The notes under the pieces: generated by a model
Seen by the model: the letters and a program-made list of their open reading frames with translations, nothing else
Database searches by the model: none
What the model was told of the DNA's origin: nothing
Made by a program: the position numbers and the translations under genes
Assembly (NCBI RefSeq): GCF_009914755.1
Contig: NC_060930.1
Direction: 5' to 3' (one strand)
Source of the DNA: the human T2T-CHM13v2.0 reference genome, Homo sapiens
Length of the DNA stretch: 64,000 nt
Shown here: positions 16,583 to 29,439 of the stretch, in pieces
How positions within the stretch are numbered: the first letter of the stretch is position 1
Layout: the number at the start of each line of letters is the position of its first letter

Positions 16583-17088
16583 TCATCTGCACAAGGACTT
16601 GGTTTTTTTGCAGGAATTCTGTGTGGCCCCGGCAGTGGAAGGACCCATCTCAGCTAGTTTGCATTGGCTCCGGCCAAACACCCTAGGATTATTGCTGACT
16701 TGGGACCAATTTTCATGTTAATTACTCTGTAGGTTGTATCAATTCAAGCTCTAAACCATATGCAATACAGATTTGGGTCTTTCATTTTTTATGGGAGGCT
16801 GTGTTTTTTCACCCAGATCCCTGGGCAGACACAAGCCACTGGCACCTTGTAATAGCCCAGCAGCCTTTGGAGGGTCCTAGCTTTAAGCAGAGGTCTCATT
16901 TCACCCAGCCCAAGAACGTAGTCCCTGTCCCTGCCAGTTTCTTGTCTGATAACAGTCCCCACAGTTACCACATCATCAGCTTTCCTTCTCATGCCACTGG
17001 CTTTCAGTTCCCTCTTCATTTCTTCCTTTCTTGTGAGTTCAACCATGTCTTGTAACTGTTTTATATTGTATTTAATATTGGGCTTTTC

Positions 17089-17393
17089 GTTGTTATTGTT
17101 GTTGTTGTTTGAGGCAGGGTCTTTCTCTGTCACCTAGGCTGGAGTGCAGAGGCGCCATCATAGCTCACTGTAACCTTGAATTCCTGGGCTCAAGTGATCC
17201 TCCTGCTTCAGCCTCCTGAGTAGTTGGGACTATAAGCACGTGCCACCATGTCTGGCTAATTTTTAAAATTTTTTTTGTAAAGACGGGGTCTCACTATGTT
17301 ACCCACATTAGTCTCGAACTCCTGGCCTCAATCAATCCGCCTGCCTCCGGCTCCCACATTGCTGGGATTGCAGGCATGAGCCATGGCACCTGA
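17089..17393 (-). mobile_element. AluJ element with (GTT)n tail
   Basis: Antisense Alu. Confidence 0.85.
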
Positions 17394-18040
17394 TCTCTTG
17401 TTTCTGAAGCTGGAAAGGTTCCTCTTTAGCTCAGCCCACCATACTACTGGAGCTGGAAGTCTCTCCAGTGTTCCTTAATACATGAATGAGAACCTCCATT
17501 TTTTCCTGTTGCAGGTGTGTGGGTGAGTGTGAGTGGGTGTGTACGTGTATATGTTGCCCAGATGTAACTTGGATTTCAGTCCTGGCTGCTGGGTACACTT
17601 TCAGAATCAAAATGTCTTCATTAAAAATCACTCCCAAAATTAGTTATCTGAGATGGAAGTGTTTTCTGTAAAAAGGTATTCTGCTCAAATTCCCATCCTA
17701 GTGTCTTTTGAATAACAGCTATTTACCAAGCACTTAGAATGTGCCAGGTCCCGTGCTAAGTGCTTCATATGCATCATTTACTCTAATCCCCTCACAACCC
17801 TATGAAGCAGACACTATATTTATACTCACTTTACAAATGAGGAAACAGGGATTTAGAGAGATTAGATAATTTTCCCAGGTTTATACAACAGAGCCAAGAC
17901 TGGGATTTCTCTAAATGTCTACATTCTACATCCTCTCTAATCATGATTTCAGAAATTGCTTTGCAAGCAACATGACAGCTTTCTTGTTACACTCCATGTG
18001 TCAAGCAATTATTTATACATTGGTTAAGAAAGTGAGATCT

Positions 18041-18323
18041 GGCCGGGTGCAGTGGCTCACACCTGTAGTCCCAGCACTTTGGGAGGCCAAGGCAAGTGGA
18101 TCACCTGAGGTCAGGAGTTTGAGACTAGCCTGGCCAACATGGTGAAACCTTGTCTCTACTAAAAATACAAAAAATTAGCCGGGCATGGTGGTAGGCATCT
18201 GTAATCCCAGCTACTCGGGGGGCTGAAGCAGGAGAATCACTTGAACCCAGGAGATGGGGAGGTTGCAGTGAGCCGAGATCGCACCATTGCCCTCCAGCCT
18301 GGGCAATAAAAGTGAAACTCTGT
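18041..18323 (+). mobile_element. AluS element
   Basis: Dimeric Alu whose tail has expanded into the purine repeat that follows. Confidence 0.9.
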
Positions 18324-18349
18324 GAAAGAGAGAAAGAAAGAAAGAAGGA

Positions 18350-18389
<40 letters not shown>

Positions 18390-18577
18390 AGGAAGGAAGG
18401 AAGGAAGGAAGGAAGGAAGGAAGGAAGGAAGGAAAGAGAGACAGAGAGAGAGAGAAAGAAAGAAAGAGACAGAGAGAAAGAAAGAAAGAAGGAAGGAAGG
18501 AAGGAAGGGAAGGAAGGAAGGAAGGAAGGAAGGAAGGAAAGAAAGAAAGAAGGAAAGAAAGAAAGAAAGAAAGAAAG
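18324..18577 (+). repeat. Compound (GAAA)n/(GGAA)n/(GA)n polypurine microsatellite
   Basis: About 250 nt with only two pyrimidines on the + strand. Confidence 0.95.
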
Positions 18578-19000
18578 ATCAAATGGCATGACAAATACAA
18601 AAGGACTTTTTATACAATATTATGGAAATGGTGTCATTGTGCGATAGTTGTTGTAGCTCCCACTACCATGTTGGAACCAGTATCTTCCATCTCACTCAAA
18701 TGAACTTATGCTTTACATGTTTAAACGTCTCTATCCAAATGGATAAAGATTCATTTTCCCCAAACAATCCCTTGGACTTTTTAGTAGAAGAGCATTGAAT
18801 GGAAGATCTGGTAAAGCTTTGAATGTGTTGGTTACACAGTAGAAACATCTATTTGGAAAGCAACTCATGTAGGTGACATATGTTAATCCATCCACCTGGT
18901 ATCAGCAGGTGCTAACTGAGCCCCTGTGAGTGCCAGGCACTGTATCCCTAACAACCTTGCTTGATCTGTGTGTATGTGTGTGTTTTTAATTTAATTTAAC

Positions 19001-19285
19001 TTTTTTGAGACAGAGTCTTGCTCTGTCACCCAGGCTGGAGTGCAGTGACAAGATCTCAGCTCACTGCAACCTCCACCTCCTGGGTTAAAGCAATTCTCCT
19101 GCCTCAGCCTCCCAAGTAGCTGGATTACAGGTGCATCCCACCACGTCCAGCTAATTTTTGTATTTTTAGTAGAGATGGGGTTTCACCATCTTGGCCAGGC
19201 TGGTCTTGAACCCCTGACCTCGTGATCTGCCCACCTTGGCCTCCCAAAGTGCTGGGATTACAGGCATGAGCCACCGCACCTGACC
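19001..19285 (-). mobile_element. AluS element
   Basis: Antisense Alu dimer. Confidence 0.88.
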
Positions 19286-20815
19286 TGATCTGTGTTTTTT
19301 TAAAAATTTAATAATAAACTTTTTATTTTGGAATAATGTCAGCTTCACAGAAACTTTGCTAAAATAGTACAGAGCTCTGCGTATCCTTCACCCAGTCTCC
19401 CCTAATGTTAACATCTTACATAACCATGGTCCATTTGCCAACACTAAGACATCAATATTGGTACATTCCTATTAACTATACTGCAGACTTATTAGAATCT
19501 CACCAATTTTTCTACTAATGTCTCTTTTCTGTCCCAGAATCCAATCCAGGATTCCACACTGCATTTGGAGGATCCATTTTTAAACCAACTCACTTAGACA
19601 GTATTAAAATAGCATTGTTTTCTTTGCTTCACTTTGGGCTCAAATTCAAGAAAGACAGTTGAGCTCTTTTTCCAATTCTAGGGGGAAGACAGCCAAACAA
19701 ATGGTAAATAAACCTCCAGACTTTTTTTGGTTCCCCTGAGTTAGGAGTTCACCCATGAATCCTGTGGGTAACCCAACTCTGTCCTTACGAAATCACCACG
19801 TAAGGAAGAATCTCCTCAGCTGGGCATGGTGGTGCACCTGTAGCCCCAGCTACTCAGGAGGCTGAGGCAGGAGAATCACTTAAGCCCGGGAGTTCAAGTC
19901 CAGCCTGGGCAATGTAGTGAGACCCTATCTCTAAAAAAATTAAGAAAGAAAAAACAAAAAAAGAAAGAATCTCCTCCTATGCCCTAGCTCAGAGTCTAGT
20001 ATGCATCCATGTGGGAACACAAGTTAGAAGCAGGATTGACAGAGCACACTGCCTGTGGTTTGCCTCATCAGACCTCAAGTCCAGCTGAGTCTTAAGACTA
20101 GGGGGTGACTTAGTTCACAGCTGTTGCATCATCCCAGTGTCCCCTTGGTAGTGCATGGAGAATCTGTACGGCAGGATAGGCCACAGCCTAGATGAGAGGC
20201 AGAATTAATTTCCACCTTGGAGCAGGGCCCCAAAAGGACTTCTGGGTCCACCAAAGAAAACAGAGAGAAAAGAGCAGGGGCAATGGCCCTGAATACATGA
20301 TCATTTCCAGGGAACTTTCTAGATGCATTCCCTCTCTGCCTGTTTCACCTCAGGGTGATCAGTAAGAACCTGCAGTGGGATGTTGGAGGTTGTGCCTGGA
20401 TTCTGGGGGGAAAAGCTCATAGTAGGGTGAGGGCTGAGGCCCCAGGCCCTCTACCTGAGGGCAAGCAAAGAGTCCTGTGGACACCTTGCTAGGAGCACAG
20501 GTGATGAATCAGCAGAAGACACTTCTGTTTCCATGACAATCGGATATAAGCCAGTCTGAACTTTTAAATCCAATTATTTAGTAAACTCTTAGGGTTAGAA
20601 GAAGGTCTATGTGGAGGATTGTTATTATCCATTAAAGACGTTGTTTTGTTTGGTTTGGTTTGAAGTGCTGAATAGGTCAGAGTTGTTTTGCTGTTGGTGA
20701 AACCCTGTAATGCATTTAGGGCAGAGCAGCAAAATGTGAGTTTTCACATACATTCTAGTTCTATTTCTGCAAACAAAAACTGTGTGACCTAGGTCCTAGG
20801 GTATGTCCTTCCTTT

Positions 20816-20910
20816 ATCCATCCATCCATCCAACCAACCATCCAACCATCCATCCACTCATCCATCCATCCATCCATCCATCCATCCATCCATCCATCCA
20901 TCCATCCATC
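20816..20910 (+). repeat. (TCCA)n microsatellite
   Basis: Directly visible tetranucleotide array. Confidence 0.95.
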
Positions 20911-21529
20911 CGGCTGACATTTACTGAGGCTCATCTTTTTCCTGGGCAAGATTTCTTACCTGTAAAATGTGAGAATTCATTGGGACTTGTATTTCTGACC
21001 TAGGATCCCAGAATCTTAGGAGTCTCAGGGCAGTGTTTTGGGGGCTACCTTCCTAAGGTGGGTGGGGCGATGGGACAGTCTCAGAACAGCCTCAACCCAG
21101 AACAGCCACATTTTTAGCTGTTTTATATATTGGGTTTCTACTTAAGATTTCTTTCGAACAAAGCCTCCCTTACTGAAAACTCACTGCCCCAGAGGGTCTC
21201 TGTAAACCTTCTAGTAGTGACACTGTAGCTTCAAGCCAAATTGTTTTTCAATCAATACCCCTGCAGTGTAGGGCATAGAAATAAAATGGTAAATAAACCA
21301 GGGTCACTGCTCCTCGGAGGCTGGCTGTCACTGTGAGGATAAACTGAGATAATAGGTGGGAAAGCCTGTTTAGGGAAACGATTGTTGTTAAGATGATAAC
21401 AATTATTATTACGTTGGGGTAGGGTATTCAAGATATACCCACAGGAAAATGCAGATTACAATTCAGTCTGCAATTAGGGACCAGATAGCAGCCAACTCTC
21501 AGGTGATCCATGCAGGGATTCTGAGCATT

Positions 21530-21700
21530 CGTCGGCGCCTCCCCAGGGGCTGCTGCGCCCCCTGCTTCCCGCGCGCCCACCACGCACGCTGCTCTGGGAG
21601 CAGGGCCGGCGGCGCCGCCGCCTCGCAGCGATTGGTTGAACCGGAGGTTGTTGCTAGGCTACCAGTGCGCCCTGAGCCTGGGGCCCCGCAGTCCCATCCT
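21530..21700. promoter_or_regulatory. CpG-rich intronic promoter/enhancer-like element
   Basis: Local CpG cluster (gcgcgccc, gccggcggcgccgccgcctcg) in CpG-poor intron; CCAAT box (ATTGG 21631-21635) and RFX-type GTTGCTAGG at 21650. Confidence 0.6.
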
Positions 21701-22642
21701 CTGTGGCAGATCCATCCCTCACTGCAGACCTAATTCCGGTACCCTGTGAACGGCATCCTCAGCAGCTTAAATTATCAGCCCCAACTGCCCGCCTTTCTAT
21801 GATTTTTCATTTCGCAAGAGGCCATGTGGAGTTGGGGAAGAGAAGCCTTCTGTTTTTATCCTCTGGGTCATCTTGAATAGCGACTTCTCTCTCTAGACCT
21901 CAGTATCCCGCTTCAGTTTCTGGAGTTCATTCATTCATCCATTATTCATGCCTGCGTGCATGTTTCTTAAGTGCCCACCGTATTCCAGGCACTATATTGA
22001 GTGCTAGGGACAAAAGAATGAACAAGACAGAGACCGTCCTTGCCCTCGTGAAGAGGGGAACATTATCCACCTAAACAAATAAAATAAACGCATGTACAAT
22101 TATCCCTTTTCTTCCCCCTTTGATGATTTTTCTAGCCCCTCTTTCCCCCTACTATATCTGTAGGGTCCCCCAACTTGACAGGAGAGGGAGTGTCTCCCAG
22201 TCAGGCCTACACTACTCTGAAACTGGGGTGCACCCTCTTACTCCAAGCTCGTATTTTGCTCTTTTGATTCCACACATGAGCCTGACCACACCTTGATAAG
22301 GATGTGGGGGCAGGGATCACTGTCTCCTGTTCAGATGAGCAGTCTGAGAGTCTGAATCATCAAAATGCCTTGTCACATAAGAAATTATTGCCATACCCAA
22401 TATTTGGTCATTTACTATGTGCTGGCACTTTAAAAGCTGTCTGCCTCATCATAATCCAGTAAGGTAGGTATTCTTATACTAATTTTACAGGCAACAAAGT
22501 TGAGGATGAAAGGTGTTATTTAAGTGGCCAGTGATGATCTAGATAGCATGTGGTGAAGCTGGGATTTGAACCAAATCTGCCTGGCTCCAAAGCCTAAGCT
22601 CTTTCCAAGAAATGGATGTGGTCATGGAAAGACTCTCTGATC

Positions 22643-22885
22643 AGCTGGGCACAGTGGCTCATGCCTGTAATCCCCACACTTTGGGAGGCTGAGATGGGAG
22701 GATTGCTTGAGCCCAGGAGTTTGAGACCAGCCTTAGCAACAGAGTGAGACCCTGTTTCTACAAAATAAAAAGAATTATCTGGTATGGTGGCACATGCTGT
22801 AGTTCCAGCTACTCAGGAGGCTGAGGTGGGAGGATCCTTTGAGGAGCCTGGGCAACAGAGGGAGACCCTGTCTCTAAAAAAAAAA
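22643..22885 (+). mobile_element. AluJ element (internally deleted)
   Basis: Alu motifs with a deletion in the right arm and poly(A). Confidence 0.8.
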
Positions 22886-22989
22886 AGTTTAAATTAAATT
22901 TAAAAAAGAAAGACTCTCTGAGTGGCTGAAACTTGGAAACATAGCTTCCAAGTGCCGTTCAAAAATCTCCCAGTCTCAACATCTTTTTA

Positions 22990-23291
22990 CATTTTATTTT
23001 TTAGAGGCAGGGTCTCACTCTGTCATCCAGGCTGGAGTGCAGTGGTGCAATCATGGCTCACTGTGGCCTCGTCCTTCCGGACTCAAGTGATCCTCCCACC
23101 TCAACCTCCTGAGTAGCTGGGACTACAGTGGCATGCCACCATGCCTGGCTAATTTAAATTTTTTTTTTTTTTGTAGAGACAGGGGTCTTGCTATGTTGCC
23201 AGAGCTGATCTCAAACTCCCGGGCTCAAGCGATCCTCCCATCTCAGCCTCCCAATGTGCTGGGATTACAGGCATGAACCACCACACCCAGC
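22990..23291 (-). mobile_element. AluJ element
   Basis: Antisense Alu dimer. Confidence 0.85.
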
Positions 23292-24624
23292 ATTGACCCA
23301 GCATCTTATTTACTTATTTTTCTTGGCACATTAGACTCATAAAACCTGGTGAGCTGACCACAGTAATCAATATTGTTAACTCTCGCTGTCTATCCATCTA
23401 TCTGGGATGATCTCGCCTTCAAGCTTTTATTGGGTAATTAAGTCAAGTAGCTCTTCCTTGGGGGCATCTCCATTGCTCTCAGGTTTTTATATTCCGTTGT
23501 TCACACACTGAGAGCCTTGGTGGGCATAGAATATGGCCCATCTCTCCCCTGGAGGAATTTCCAGCCCTCACGGGAGGTTTCTGAGGAGCTTCCTATGGGC
23601 AAAGCTCAGTGACAGGCTATTGTGAGAGGAGGAGGAGAACCAGATTTACCCTCAGAGAATCCCCTCCTCTGAGCAGAAGTGGATGTGCCTAGGGTGGGCT
23701 GAGGGGTGGGAGCAGTCAACCTTGAGTACCCTGATCAGGACACATTGGGTCCGCGGTGCTGCTTCTAATAACCTTGCTGTGGTTAGTGTGGGACTCTGTG
23801 TCTCAGAGCCTGGCAGCCTGCAGCTCGGAAGGAGGCCTTTAAATGGGAGAAGGTGCTGGAAAATATGGTAATACATAAATAAGCTAAATTTATCCCCTTT
23901 CTCAGCACCCAGCAATTGCTGTGCTTAACACTTAACTTTCTACCAGCATAGATTTGTTTAACCAGATTAGTTGCTGGGAGAGAGAGAAAGGAGAGAGATA
24001 GACAGAGACAGAGACAAAGAGACACAGAGAAAGACAGTCAGAGACTTTGAAGACAGACAGAAACACACACACACACACACACACACACCCCTGGAGAGAA
24101 GTAAGAAGATGCAGAGATAACAGTATCCTTTGGTGTGTGGCTTCAGCCAGCAGCAGGAGAGCTAGACTGAGAGAATCAGACAACTTCCTGCCCTCTTCCT
24201 CCCAGGCTACATGACTGGCTAGAGCATTGCTAATTTCCAGATAGCACCATTTTCAGATGTGAGTACTTTGGAATGTCGACACTGTTTGCATTATTTTGTC
24301 CACTGTTTTGTTCCTGTCGCCCAACCCTACCCCTGAATAGGTGAGAGTTGACTGTAGATGAATAATATACTAAAGCCACCATTAAAGTAAGCATTATAAG
24401 ACTTTAAATATGCGTGCCTTTGACCTAGCATCCTCACTTCTAGGAATTTATCCTAAGGAAAATAAGTATATGGATAAAGAAGCTAGCATGAGATTGTTCA
24501 TTGCATCGTTATTTAGAAAAGCAATGAAACAAACTAAATAGCCAACCACTCTTGGTTTCCTGATCAATAAATAATGGTATAACCTTACAACAGCTTTCCA
24601 TACCGCTTTTAAAATTAGATTATA

Positions 24625-25229
24625 GGCTGGGTGCAGTGGTTCATGCCTGTAATCCCAGCACTTTGGGAGACCAAAGTGGGAGGATTGCTTGAGACCAGGG
24701 GTTCAAGACCAACCTGGGCAACATAAGGAGACCCTATTTTTTTTTTTTTTTTTTTTTTGAGACGGAGTCTCGCTCTGTCGCCCAGGCCGGACTGCGGACT
24801 GCAGTGGCGCAATCTCGGCTCACTGCAAGCTCCGCTTCCCGGGTTCACGCCATTCTCCTGCCTCAGCCTCCTGAGTAGCTGGGACTACAGGCGCCCGCCA
24901 CCGCGCCCGGCTAATTTTTTTTTTTTGTATTTTTAGTAGAGACGGGGTTTCACCTTGTTAGCCAGGATGGTCTCGATCTCCTGACCTCATGATCCACCCG
25001 CCTCGGCCTCCCAAAGTGCTGGGATTACAGGCGTGAGCCACCATGCCCGGCTGGAGACCCTATTTTTAAAAAAATAAAAAAATCAGCTGGGTGCGGTGGC
25101 ACATGCCTGTAATCCCAGCTACTCAAGAGGCTGAGGTGAGAGGATTGCCTGAGCCAGGCATTCCAGGGTGCAGTGAGCTATCATGGTGTCCAGCTTGGGT
25201 GACAGAACAAAACTCTATTTGAAAAAACA
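24625..25229 (+). mobile_element. Old AluJ split by an AluYb8 insertion
   Basis: Left arm 24625-24736 and right arm 25053-25229 rejoin across the TSD. Confidence 0.85.
24737..25052 (-). mobile_element. AluYb8 (young, human-specific)
   Basis: Diagnostic 7-nt duplication (ggactgcggactgcagt), cctcatgatcc and caccttgttagcc; CpGs largely intact; TSD ggagaccctattttt at 24727 and 25053. Confidence 0.93.
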
Positions 25230-25922
25230 AATTAGGTTATAAATGGATATTTGTTGACCTGGAAAAACATTCACAACATATTAGGTGAAAGAAGCAAGTT
25301 ACAAATAGTGTGTATTATATGACCCCTTATAAGTATGAATAAAAATAAAATATTTAGCTTAAGAAGACAGACCAAATGTTAGTCTCTAGGAGGAGGGATT
25401 CCAAGACATTTTAATTTTTTTCTTTCTGCTTATCTGCATTTTTAAAAGTTTTTCCACAATAAGCATGTCTGATTTTTGTAATAAGAACAAATTTCCTTGC
25501 TTCCCTCCCAGGGGTGGCTTCTGCTGGGAGATCAGGCGTTCCTGGCTCTCAGGCCTCATGGGAAAAGCCATTGACCCTTGCCAGGTGTTAAGCTGCTCAC
25601 TAAGAATTCCCTGCCCTGGCTTGACTCCCCATCCCAGCTGGTGTTATGGGCGAGACCTCAGTGATCCAACACCTTGGTATCCAAATGAGCAGTTGCCGCA
25701 TCACCTGTGAGTGGGTTAGCTGCTGCCCTCCCTTGAAGGTAAACACTGTTTACCTCTGTTGGCACATGGTAAGGCTAACCTCACTAAAACCGTAGGGCCT
25801 TTCTGCCTCCCAGGAGCACCCTCCCCTGTAGGAGGGTGACAATTACGATGCTGCATTGCTCAGGGAGGTCCCTGCTACACATATGCAGGTGTGATTCTGA
25901 AGGTTCGAAAAAAAAAAAGGCT

Positions 25923-25936
25923 GTCACCATGGCAAC
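25923..25936. promoter_or_regulatory. RFX X-box motif
   Basis: GTCACCATGGCAAC vs consensus GTTGCCATGGCAAC. Confidence 0.5.
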
Positions 25937-27550
25937 CCAGGCTTGCTCAGCCTCTTCATTCCTGAGATCAGTCCAAGCCCCAGGGAAAGAAGGTGGGGTA
26001 TGGAGTCAGAAAAATCACTGCCTGGCTGCCTGACCTCAGGCAAGACACTTAGCTTTTCTCTGTGTCAGTTTCTGCGTCTGTAAAATGGTGCTGAAGCTTT
26101 TCTTACTCACCTCCAGGACTGGGGTGGAATAATCGGTAAACCATAAAACACAGGAGGAGTAGGGCATCCTTAGTTTTGGCTTGTCCCCAGATTGCCATGT
26201 GACTTTGGGTAAATCACTTAACCTCTCTGTGTCTCAGGTGCTCTATTTATAAATAGGCGAGTAAGGCACACTGATTACTTCCCGGATATATTGCAAGGTG
26301 CCTGTGAGAATCCCAGAATCTCAAAGTTGGAAGGAATCTTAGCCCTTAGCACTCATGCAGGAATCTTTTTGATAAACTCTCTGACAGAGATACTTGCCTA
26401 GCCTCTGCCTGGTTACCTCCTGTGGCAAAAAACTCATGACCGCACAGCTTCCCATGTAGCCATTGCTACATGACACTAACCATAAGAAAGTTCTACCATA
26501 TAGCGTATCATAGCATATTTTACAAATAAATGTTTGTTTTAAAAAAGTTAGCAATCCTTTCCAGAGCTATTTTCACTCCTGATTTTCCCAAAGGCTTGCA
26601 CAGGGTAGAGATGAGCAGGGGTCAGCAAAAAGCAGGTGTCGGCTCGGCTGCAGAAGAAGCTTTTGGCTTAGTGTAATAGAAGGAGCCTGGGCTCTGGGGT
26701 CACACATCCTAGGTTGAAATGCTACTTTACCCACTTACAAACTGGCTGACGCTGACCCTGGGAAAGTTATATTACCTATCTGAGCCTCAGTTTCCTGATC
26801 AGTAAAAGGAAGATAGAAATACCTACCTCCCAGTATTGTTGTGGGAATTAAGCAAGTTAGCACTTCTTATTAAGCTTACAACCCAGACTTCCCTGGTGGG
26901 GTTCTGGGGACTTGGGGTGGGGAAGATTACACCCTCCTCTGCCACCCCCGAATAGCGCATCTGCCCACTGAGCAAATGGCACAGGCGAGCCTTACATAGT
27001 CCATATCTCAGGGTCATCTCCCTCTCAGACCTGGACCAGGGCCATAAAGGAAAGATGATGCAATGGTTTCAAGACAAAGTTCACCTCCTCCTCATGATTC
27101 ACCGGCCCAAGGCCAGCACCCCTTCCCTGCCCACAGACTCAGTGGGCACCAAGCAAGTATCCCAGGGCGTCACTTAGGAACAACTTCCAACTGCACCAGT
27201 GTTTTAATAGGAATCTCATACAGGACCCCAAAAATGTCATCTGGCAGTGGACTTCCAGGCAGAGTGACAAGAAGTTAGGGAAAGCTATTGGGGGTTGGGC
27301 TAAAGTGTTCCTTTAGCTGTTGATATGAAGGTGTCTGTCACGTAATGACTCCTGGACAAAGGTCAGGATGCCTGGGTCCAGCTCCATCATTGCCTAGCTC
27401 TGGGCTCTCCGGAGCCAGCGACTTCCTTCCTCAATATCTTGCTTCCGTCATGGGCAAGACAGCAGGCCGATTCCTGGGGTTTTCCCAGCTTCCGAATTCT
27501 AGGTTTCCCCATTTGTTGGATTCAGAGATGAGTTGGAGAAACCACCCTAG

Positions 27551-27955
<405 letters not shown>

Positions 27956-29298
27956 TAGTCCTTCCCTTCCTTCATGCCCCCAGAGTCTCGCTGTGCAAGG
28001 TGCAGTGCTAGATGAGATGGACACAGAAGCCCAGGACGAACCAGGCTTGACCGCCACCCTCAATGCTTCGGCCTTCACATCCATCCTGCCCGGCCCCCTG
28101 CGCTAAGCCTGGAGCTTCCCAGAGGCCCAGGTGTGACTTGCAGAGGGCCTGGGTCTCCTTCAGGGCCTTCCAGGCTGGGCTGCCATGCATCCCCCCAGAA
28201 TTACTCCCACTTTGTGGGAACGGTCAGGGGAGAGGGGCCCCCATGTCCCCTTTCTGCCCCCTCTCTTCCAGTGGCCCTTGATAAGGGATTGAATGGTTAC
28301 CAAATCAGTTAACACTTAGAAAAGTGCACGCTAATCCTGAGTGCGCTGCCCTAAGCTCATTAATATTAATTTTAGTTATGAATAATGATTGCTGGAAAGG
28401 GCCGCAGGTAGGTCCCAGTGTCTTTCGGGACAAAGGGGTTAAGCTGTGTGGCCTCCTTCCCACATCTCCACTCTCCTTCCTTCCCCCACATGCAGGGGCT
28501 TCGCCACTCCATCCTCATCCCATACTGGCCTGGCAGTAATCCTGGGGATGAGGGATGAATAGGCAGTGGGCACAGACACCACCTCCGTCCCTCAGGCCCC
28601 CTGGGTTTATCAGCAGCCAGCTCTTCCAGATCTGCCTCCTCACGCCCACCCCCGTTCTGACTTCACTGCCCACTGCTGCAGTTTTCTCTTCCCGGCCCTC
28701 TCCCCCACCTTCCACTCCTACCATGCCAACCCTAGCAAACCACACACAAGCCAGGCCTCTGGGTCTTTGCACCTGCCGCTCCCTCTGCCTGGGATCCCCT
28801 CCCTCCTTCCCACACTGCTTTGCCTGCTGCTGAAACCCAGTCCCTCCTGCCAGGGCACTTCCCTTCATCCCCTCCCACCCTGCCTGCACCCCTCTTGTGG
28901 AGCCACGGTGCCCATGCTCACCTCCACCATGCCCCTGTCACCCCACTGCACCGTCACCCACTTACTCACTCCCTCTCATAGGGCACTCCCAAAGGTGGGC
29001 CTCTCAGCCTCCTTTGCTTCCAGGGCCTGGCCCAGGGCTGACACACATTAATGGTTGTTGAATCCCACTGGATTCATGAAAGTTCAGCATCAGAAGGAAC
29101 CCCGAAGCTATGGAGGACCCCCTCCTGCTTTAAAGCTGGGACATCAGGGCCAGATGGACCAAGCAGGTTACCAAGGACCCAATTAGTGAAGGCCAGGCCA
29201 GGAACTGAACTCGGAGCTTTGCTTCCCAGTGTGGCACCTTCACCTAGAATTTAAGGAGGTCTGGGCTGGTGGTGGGTGGCCCAGGGGCTGACAGGTGA

Positions 29299-29439
<141 letters not shown>

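Noticed and set aside
18125-18647. Long F/L/S-rich and K/E/R-rich ORFs on both strands
   Set aside because: Translations of the GAAA/GGAA microsatellite and adjacent Alu
21631-21662. Possible MHC class II-type X-Y (RFX5/NF-Y) module
   Set aside because: The CCAAT box has the opposite orientation to, and shorter spacing from, the X-box than in the classical SXY module; kept only as a generic RFX + NF-Y element
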